Shown one piece after another: positions 54,067 through 64,000 of a stretch of DNA of 64,000 nucleotides. The notes under the pieces were generated by a model. That model saw only the letters and a list, made by a program, of their open reading frames with translations. It ran no database searches and was not told the DNA's origin. The first letter of the stretch is position 1. Each line of letters opens with the position of its first letter. This stretch comes from Eledone cirrhosa (taxonomy: Eukaryota). The stretch lies in NCBI GenBank assembly GCA_964016885.1, contig OZ024741.1:220844001-220908000 (forward strand), written 5' to 3'. Both the position numbers and the translations under genes were made by a program.

Positions 54067-55727
54067 TTACAGAATAATCAAAACTATGTTCAAAACATTT
54101 CATTGCTGACAATCGTTTCTTCCAAACTTTCGTTTGGAATCATCGGAGCACTAGCAAAGTTTAGACATATAATTAACCTCCTATTCCACAGAACAATTCT
54201 AAAGATAAGTAAATATTACTGTTGTCATTAACAATGTCATATTTAAAGAGTAAAGATGATGTGGTCAGTATCAGTGGATGCGACAAAGATTATAAAAGAA
54301 TAATACAACAATTATAGAAGAATTAAAGAAGAAAGTTACTCGCAAACTGAAGACATTAGCGGTACATATGCAAACGTATAGAAAGGGTGCAGAGGTATTA
54401 GGCATGTACAGAATACCAAGGTAAAAAACAAGCAATGATACTAAGCATATATATCACAGCGTGTCACATAATACAATACAGGTATAAAAGCATATTAAGC
54501 AGGCAGAGATGCCTGGGTATGAAAAGCCGTTTCTATGATAGTTTATGGTGGATGCAATGTGATAATTGTTCTGGTAATGTTCAAATGTGCATGTGTTGTG
54601 AGTATTGATATCAAGGTTTTCCTTTCCATTACATTGGTTATATTTTAGTAAATGTTTATTAGTAGCTACAACTATGGATTGTATATTGGTCCTATTACAA
54701 TCTTGTCAAGGGTTCTAGTGGTTCTGGAGTGATCTGTCTAACAGTTTAATTTCAGGAAGTGATTAGCAATCTACACTAAGGGGAGCTAATGGGAAAGGAG
54801 AGGTAATTGGCGATTAATTTGTGTATAAGAGAAAAATGTATAGTTGTTTACAACTCCAATTAGTTAAATTCTATGTGTTAATATACAATATATTATGTTA
54901 TAAGTGAATCCTTGTGTGTGTGTAAGTATATGTGTGTATGTATGTGTGTGACTGTGTGTGTGTGTGTGTATATCTATCAGTTTTACCTGTGACTGTGTCT
55001 GTGTATGTGTGTGTGTATATGTCTATCACTTTTACCTGTGACTGTGTCTGTGTGTGTGTATATCTGTGTGTGTGTATGTATATCAGTTTTACCTGTGACT
55101 GTGTGTGTGAGAGTGAGGCTGTGTTGAATATATGTACTGAAATGGGCGAGACACGAGAGCTTTCAGCAAATGTAGGAAGTCATATGTATGTGAAGTCACG
55201 TGGGCACCTGCATGGATGTGTGCCTGTGTATGTATGTATGTATGTGTTAGTGTTTGGATGTTTCACTACAATGGTGATGATGATGTCGATTACACCTTCC
55301 CCCCATATATATATATATATATATATCAAGTAAGAATATTTTCGAAACAGCGAGTGGTTCTGAAATTATTAGAAATATAAGCTATCGCCGTATTTTGACT
55401 AAAGAAATTAAAGAAATTATTTAGCCTGATAGTGGGGTTTAGAACCCTCGGAGAAATGAAAAAAGACGAGTATTGACGTACATTATATATATATATAATG
55501 TATATATGTGTGTGTAAGTATGCGATTGTGTGTGTGTTTCACAATTGTTTTTCGTGTTTACAGCGAGGCTTATAAACTATACTTAAATAACTAACTAAAT
55601 TAATTTGATCTAGAATTTTCTTATATACGCTGTAATGTATATATATATATATATGTGTGTGCGTGTGTGTGTGGGTGAGTGAGTGTGTGCGTGTATATAT
55701 ATATATATAAATATATATAAATATATA

Positions 55728-55872
55728 TGGAGGCACATGGCTTAGTGGTTAGAGTATTGGCCTTGCAATCGAAAGGTTGTGAGTTCAATTCTCAGACCGG
55801 GAGATGTGTTGTTTCCTTGAGCAAGACACTTTATTTCACATTGCGCCAGTTTACTCAGCTATAGAAATGAGA
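55728..55872 (+). mobile_element. CORE-type tRNA SINE
   Basis: A-box TGGCTTAGTGG, B-box GAGTTCAATTC, CORE-like TCCTTGAGCAAGACACTT. Confidence 0.8.
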
Positions 55873-56070
55873 TGATAGGGACTGGGGTCCATATCATTCC
55901 ACTGTAAATGGGTCGTGGAGGTGCCACGGCAAAAAAGCACCCAGCACTCACTGTAAATGAGGTTGGAGTTAGGAAGGGCATTCAGCTGTAGAAATCAAGC
56001 CAGAATCAGTTCCCGTCCCACCCTTGCAAGCGGACGTAAAATGAAATGATAAAATGATGATATATATATA

Positions 56071-56108
<38 letters not shown>

Positions 56109-56343
56109 CAATTTCAGCGAGATCGTATATACATATATATTTAGTAATAATAATAAATGTGAATACTAAAATCCAAAGAGTGAAAGCAGCGATATTGTTT
56201 GCTTAAACTTTAATCTGATATTTTCATATATATATATATACAAGTATGTGTGTAGGTTATTTTATTTTGGGCAAAGTGTGTGAATTCTAATAAATATTGC
56301 CAGCACAGGTAATGAAAGTGTGTATACAATTTTGGGGATACCT

Positions 56344-56376
<33 letters not shown>

Positions 56377-56394
56377 GTATATATATATATGTAA

Positions 56395-56425
<31 letters not shown>

Positions 56426-56622
56426 TACAAGGTGTCCCCAAAAATGTATACACACTTTCATTACCTGTACTGCATATTTATTAGAATGCACAGACTTTCC
56501 CCAAAATAAAATAATCTACAGACATAATTGTATGTAAACACCTAAAACTGTTTACAGAATTTATTTTAATGCATTGTTTTTTTCTGTTGAAGTGTGTATA
56601 CATTTTTGGAGGACACTCTGTA
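56426..56622. mobile_element. Tc1/mariner-type MITE with an inverted partial copy at ~56250-56347
   Basis: TIRs TA-CAAGGTGTCCCCAAAAATGTATACACACTT ... AAGTGTGTATACATTTTTGGAGGACACTCTG-TA. Confidence 0.75.
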
Positions 56623-56924
56623 TATACATATGCATAAATATATATCGTATTGTATTCCCCGCCAGACTATTGAGGCGAGTATGTGTGTTACTATACGCTT
56701 CAAAATCAGGGTATTCCATTACGACGAATGAAATACATTGATATATAAATAACCAGACCAACCCATAGAAACATTAGCAGCTACATACAAATAACAGGGT
56801 CACGTGATTATTGCTATTATTTATAACAAAGTATCTCTAATTATTTGTAAAATGTATCTCTATTTTTTTGCAAAAAAGGATGTTGCATGAGCTGTATGTT
56901 TACGTTGGTCCAGCTGTGTTATTT

Positions 56925-56991
<67 letters not shown>

Positions 56992-57028
56992 TATATATAT
57001 ATATACATATATATATATACATATATAA

Positions 57029-57162
<134 letters not shown>

Positions 57163-57187
57163 GCATATATATATATATATGTATATA

Positions 57188-57294
<107 letters not shown>

Positions 57295-57997
57295 GAGGTA
57301 TGTTTACAGGCTGATTGCTAAGGGTCTGCCTTTTTTTTTCTAGTTAGATCGCAAGCAACGGTAACAAAATAGAGAGACGGAGAGACTCTTTGTAATCCGC
57401 CATTTTGCTGGTCATAAACATGTCCGATCTGTCTCTCTAGTTTCTTCACTCCTCAAAATACTGAAAATGAAATATTATCTGGACATGCCATAATACAGTT
57501 TGATGAATGTTGATTTGGGGTTAAACAATAACATTGACCATAACAACTACCCCCACCATCACTTCCACCATCACTGGTGTAAGTACGATTAACGCCATTG
57601 CTGTCACCACAAACCATCTACATACAAACCATCAACGTGTCAAAAATAACATTCAAATCTCTCTCAAACCAACTTTTATTGACTTTAAAATAAGACGGGA
57701 CATATTGGACAATGTATTTATGTATTTAATCAATGGAAATGTCCGCTAAAGCTCCTAACCCATGACAGACTGGTGCAAATGTTTATTACTCCGTATATTT
57801 ATGAAACAAAAACAAGACAGAGAGATAAAAAAAAAACATGCAGGAAGGCTTACGGGAGACAAAAGAAGGATGAAGAAGATTTTTTAAAAGTGAAAAATAA
57901 GGGCAGCTATAATGCAGCTAACATTTTCTGTTGTTGAATCTCTTTATAACCTCCAAGATCAGAAAGATCTTGTCTATAGTTGGTAGATATTTGACAA

Positions 57998-58127
57998 TAT
58001 ATTTTACTTCTCATCCTGGTAGGTTAGAAAAATATATTTTACTCATCCTGGTAGGGTAGAAAAATATATTTTACTCATCCTGGTAGGTTAGAAAAATATA
58101 TTTTACTCATCCTGGTAGGTTAGAAAA
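57998..58127. repeat. 32-bp tandem repeat, 4 copies
   Basis: ATATTTTACTCATCCTGGTAGGTTAGAAAAAT. Confidence 0.92.
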
Positions 58128-58147
58128 AAAAAACAGCTTCAACATGT

Positions 58148-58237
<90 letters not shown>

Positions 58238-58600
58238 TCTCTCTCTGACTGATACTTTCTGCATTGGAGCAAATAGTGGCAAATATTTTCTGAGCAATCA
58301 CCACAAGAACATAGAAGCATCGCAACAAGAAGATAAAGGCGATGCTGTACGATCAGCTCATGATAAAATATAGTTCAATACTATATGTCCTGTAATCCTG
58401 ATTATACAGAAAAAATGGCAGAGACCAGAATAAATCTCTGATGAATAGCGTTCCAGGCCTGCTGAATTCTATACATGTGAACTGATGTGGAGTTAAGAGA
58501 AAATAAAACCCATAACTACTACTCCTTCTTACTATTAAAACCACTACAATTATCGTCACCATTATAACTGTGACCCTTATTGCTATTATTATCACCACCA

Positions 58601-58785
58601 TGGTGGATTGGCAGTATCGGTAGGGCGTCGGACTCCATTCTCTGCAACATAGAGTTACGTCCCTTTACGGACTGAGTTCAAATCCCACCGAGGTTAACTT
58701 TCCCTTTCATCCTTACGGGGTCGATAAAATAAAGTACCAGTAATGCACTGGGTATTTGGTGGCCTTGTGCCTAAAGTAGAAACAA
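58601..58785 (+). mobile_element. Meta-domain-like SINE
   Basis: Matches the SINE consensus. Confidence 0.85.
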
Positions 58786-58821
58786 TTATCATCACCACCA
58801 TTATAATTGTGACCCTTATTG

Positions 58822-61800
58822 CTACTACTATTAATACCACCACCAATACCACTACCATCATAATTACTACCACTACTACTATTAATACCACCACCAATAC
58901 CACTACCATCATAATTACTACCACTACTACTATTAATACCACCACCAATACCACTACCTTCATAATTACTACCACTACTACTATTAATACCACCACCAAT
59001 ACCACTACCTTCATAATTACTACCACTACTGCTATTAATACCACCACCAATACCACTACCATCATAATTACTTCCACTACTACTATTAATACCACCACCA
59101 ATACCACTACCATCATAATTACTACCACTACTACTATTAATACCACCACCAATACCACTACCATCATAATTACTACCACTACTACTATTAATACCACCAC
59201 CAATACCACTACCATCATAATTACTACCACTACTACTATTAATACCACCACCAATACCACTACCTTCCTAATTACTACCACTACTACTATTAATACCACC
59301 ACCAATACCACTACCTTCCTAATTACTACCACTACTGCTATTAATACCACCACCAATACCACTATCATCATAATTACTACCATTACTACTATTAATACCA
59401 CCACCAATACCACTACCTTCATAATTACTACCACTACTACTATTAATACCACCACCAATACCACTACCATCATAATTACTACCACTACTACTATTAATAC
59501 CACCACCAATACAACTACCATCATAATTACTACCACTACTACTATTAATACCACCACCAATACAACTACCTTCATAATTACTACCACTACTACTATTAAT
59601 ACCACCACCAATACCACTACCTTCCTAATTACTACCACTACTACTATTAATACCACCACCAATACCACTACCTTCCTAATTACTACCACTACTACTATTA
59701 ATACCACCACCAATACCACTATCATCATAATTACTACCACTACTACTATTAATACCACCACCAATACAACTACCATCATAATTACTACCACTACTACTAT
59801 TAATACCACCACCAATACCACTACCTTCATAATTACTACCACTACTACTATTAATACCACCACCAATACCACTACCTTCCTAATTACTACCACTACTACT
59901 ATTAATACCACCACCAATACCACTACCTTCATAATTACTACCACTACTACTATTAATACCACCACCAATACCACTACCTTCCTAATTACTACCACTACTA
60001 CTATTAATACCACCACCAATACCACTATCATCATAATTACTACCACTACTACTATTAATACCACCACCAATACCACTACCTTCCTAATTACTACCACTAC
60101 TACTATTAATACCACCACCAATACCACTACCTTCCTAATTACTACCTCTACTACTATTAATACCAGCATCTTCATAATTACTACCACTACTACTATTAAT
60201 ACCACCACCAATACAACTACCATCATAATTACTACCACTACTACTATTAATACCACCACCAATACCACTACCTTCATAATTACTACCACTACTACTATTA
60301 ATACCACCACCAATACCACTACCTTCCTAATTACTACCACTACTACTATTAATACCAGCATCTTCATAATTACTACCACTACTACTATTAATACCACCAC
60401 CAATACAACTACCATCATAATTACTACCACTACTACTATTAATACCACCACCAATACCACTACCTTCATAATTACTACCACTACTACTATTAATACCACC
60501 ACCAATACCACTACCTTCATAATTACTACCACTACTGCTATTAATACCACCACCAATACCACTACCATCATAATTACTACCACTACTACTATTAATACCA
60601 CCACCAATACCACTACCATCATAATTACTACCACTACTGCTATTAATACCACCACCAATACCACTACCATCATAATTACTACCACTACTACTATTAATAC
60701 CACCACCAATACCACTACCATCATAATTACTACCACTACTACTATTAATACCACCACCAATACCACTACCATCATAATTACTACCACTACTGCTATTAAT
60801 ACCACCACCAATACCACTACCATCATAATTACTACCACTACTACTATTAATACCAGCATCTTCATAATTACTACCACTACTACTATTAATACCACCACCA
60901 ATACCACTACCATCATAATTACTACCACTACTACTATTAATACCACCACCAATACCACTACCTTCCTAATTACTACCACTACTACTATTAATACCACCAC
61001 CAATACCACTACCTTCATAATTACTACCACTACTACTATTAATACCACCACCAATACCACTGCCATCATAATTACTACCACTACTACTATTAATACCACC
61101 ACCAATACCACTACCTTCATAATTACTACCACTACTACTATTAATACCACCACCAATACCACTACCTTCCTAATTACTACCACTACTGCTATTAATACCA
61201 CCATCTTCATAATTACTACCACTACTACTATTAATACCACCACCAATACCACTACCTTCCTAATTACTACCACTACTACTATTAATACCACCACCAATAC
61301 CACTACCATCCTAATTACTACCACTACTACTATTAATACCACCACCAATACCACTGCCATCATAATTACTACCACTACTACTATTAATACCACCACCAAT
61401 ACCACTACCTTCATAATTACTACCACTACTACTATTAATACCACCACCAATACCACTACCTTCATAATTACTACCACTACTACTATTAATACCACCACCA
61501 ATACCACTACCTTCCTAATTACTACCACTACTACTATTAATACCACCACCAATACCACTACCTTCATAATTACTACCACTACTACTATTAATACCACCAC
61601 CAATACCACTACCTTCATAATTACTACCACTACTACTATTAATACCACCACCAATACAACTACCTTCATAATTACTACCACTACTACTATTAATACCACC
61701 ACCAATACCACTACCTTCATAATTACTACCACTACTACTATTAATACCACCACCAATACCACTACCTTCATAATTACTACCACTACTGCTATTAATACCA

Positions 61801-62852
61801 CCACCAATACCACTACCTTCATAATTACTACCACTACTACTATTAATACCACCACCAATACCACTACCTTCCTAATTACTACCACTACTACTATTAATAC
61901 CACCACCAATACCACTACCTTCATAATTACTACCACTACTACTATTAATACCACCACCAATACCACTACCTTCATAATTACTACCACTACTACTATTAAT
62001 ACCACCACCAATACAACTACCTTCATAATTACTACCACTACTACTATTAATACCACCACCAATACCACTACCATCCTAATTACTACCACTACTACTATTA
62101 ATACCACCACCAATACCACTGCCATCATAATTACTACCACTACTACTATTAATACCACCACCAATACCACTACCTTCATAATTACTACCACTACTACTAT
62201 TAATACCACCACCAATACCACTGCCATCATAATTACTACCACTACTACTATTAATACCACCACCAATACCACTACCTTCATAATTACTACCACTACTACT
62301 ATTAATACCACCACCAATACAACTACCTTCATAATTACTACCACTACTACTATTAATACCACCACCAATACCACTACCTTCATAATTACTACCACTACTA
62401 TTATTAATACCACCACCAATACCACTACCATCATAATTACTACCACTACTACTATTAATACCACCACCAATACCACTACCATCATAATTACTACCACTAC
62501 TACTATTAATACCACCACCAATACCACTACCTTCATAATTACTACCACTACTATTATTAATACCACCACCAATACCACTACCATCATAATTACTACCACT
62601 ACTACTATTAATACCACCACCAATACCACTACCATCATAATTACTACCACTACTACTATTAATACCACCACCAATACCACTACCATTATAATTACTACCA
62701 CTACTACTATTAATACCACCACCAATACCACTACCTTCATAATTACTACCACTACTACTATTAATACCACCACCAATACCACAACCTTCATAATTACTTC
62801 CACTACTACTATTAATACCACCACCAATACCACCACCATCATAATTACTACC
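58822..62852. repeat. 51-bp minisatellite, about 80 units
   Basis: ACTACTATTAATACCACCACCAATACCACTACC(A/T)TCATAATTACTACCACT; 17-codon period, occasional 39-bp units. Confidence 0.97.
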
Positions 62853-63735
62853 ATAAACTGTAAAACTAGAAACGTAGTCTATAGCATAAGATGTACAGGG
62901 GGTACTTGCAGAAACCTGACAACAACATACATAGGCGAGACAGCTCGTAGCATAGGTGAAAGGATAGACCAACACTGGGGGGAACTAAAAGGACGAAAAA
63001 ACGGTTCAGTACTATACGAACACGCCAGACAACAACATGACGGTAACATAGACAACATAGAAAGTAGAATAATATCTAAACATAGAAATGACCCAGCAGA
63101 TAGGCAAATCAGAGAGGCCAGTGAATAGAACTTAGAAGGCCAAGGCTAAACAGAAAGAATGAATGGAATAACAACAATACCCAAACAAACAACACTGACC
63201 TAAGAGAAGTATAAATAAATAAATAAATAAATAAATACACAAGCACAATAACAACAAACACATATAAACACACACTAGTAAACTAAGATAGAATGCAATC
63301 ACCAATACACAGTCAGCCAAACACGAACACACATCAAACACTATACACACACGCAAACGCATGCGCAGAGAAGACAAAAAAATAAATATATAAATAAATA
63401 AACAGACTAAATAAAGATGGCGTAGGCATACAATATAACAGGAGGAAACATAATAGCACCACTAACGATGTTGCAGATGTGCAACGAAAGAACTTTGTTA
63501 GACTATATATATGTGTTTGTGTCTGTATTGTATCTGTATTTTTGACCGTTGCTCAGTCAATGGTAACATTGAGGACCGAATAAATTAAATTAACCGATAT
63601 AAAAGACACAGAAGCGAAAACCAACCAAACAGTGAGTATTAATTCTGGCAATATTATTACACAAATATGACCCTCCCCAGGTATAACTATATTTGTTTCG
63701 ACACACGATTTCATATCAAAAACCTCGCAAAACTA
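62853..63735 (+). mobile_element. 5'-truncated, diverged copy of the 47.8-52.9 kb PLE family (EN, pseudo-LTR, ORF-start tail)
   Basis: [27 protein letters not shown]; HHR with CTAACGA at 63462; ends in sequence encoding MTLPRYNYICFDTRFHIKNLAKL then (TA)n. Confidence 0.92.
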
Positions 63736-63788
<53 letters not shown>

Positions 63789-63927
63789 GTAAGAAACACA
63801 GTAAACCGTGTGTCTAAAATTACAAGGGTTGAAAAACCACATTTGTTTGAAATATTTAACCAAGAAGCAGACAGAATGATAAAATATACAAACCGCCTCA
63901 ATAACCATTATATCTCTCGGACAGATT

Positions 63928-63990
63928 ATCCCTAATCTGTTTCGCCCTGAGTGTGTTTGTAACAGATAATCCTGGACTTCATCAGCGAGA
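63928..63990 (-). ncRNA. Hammerhead-like motif in family E repeat
   Basis: Minus strand CTGATGA-A-GTCC...GGGC-GAAA-CAGATTA; stem I weak. Confidence 0.55.
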
Positions 63991-64000
63991 GAATCTGATT

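Noticed and set aside
55728-55802. tRNA-like sequence
   Set aside because: No proper acceptor stem; continues into a CORE-like SINE body and has a second copy at 35.6 kb
58694-62854. 1386-aa Val-rich antisense ORF
   Set aside because: Antisense reading of a triplet-structured minisatellite

Overview
AT-rich, microsatellite-saturated eukaryotic DNA. The repeat content ((TA)n/(CA)n/(GA)n tracts, tRNA-derived SINEs, Penelope-like elements) most resembles an octopod cephalopod genome; this is an inference. I find no supportable host protein-coding exon, and almost every ORF in the track is a microsatellite translation. The real content is mobile DNA. (1) A young, near-complete Penelope-like retroelement (PLE) on the minus strand at ~47829-52894, with two ~1-kb pseudo-LTRs, RT plus GIY-YIG endonuclease (EN), an Asn-rich insert, a single homopolymer frameshift and a 69-bp EN deletion. 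(2) Four more truncated PLE coding fragments from at least two lineages. (3) Two non-autonomous Helitrons, one with a PIF1 helicase fragment. (4) LINE 3' remnants, many SINEs, a Tc1/mariner-type MITE and several minisatellites. The most striking hidden layer is about a dozen minimal hammerhead-ribozyme (HHR) motifs from several unrelated short repeat families sitting in (TA)n tracts. They show varying palindromic stem III sequences, one has a U3-A8 compensatory core, and several lie in fold-back hairpins. A 4-kb 51-bp minisatellite is fused in frame to a GIY-YIG EN fragment. Coordinates were read by eye and are approximate to a few bases.
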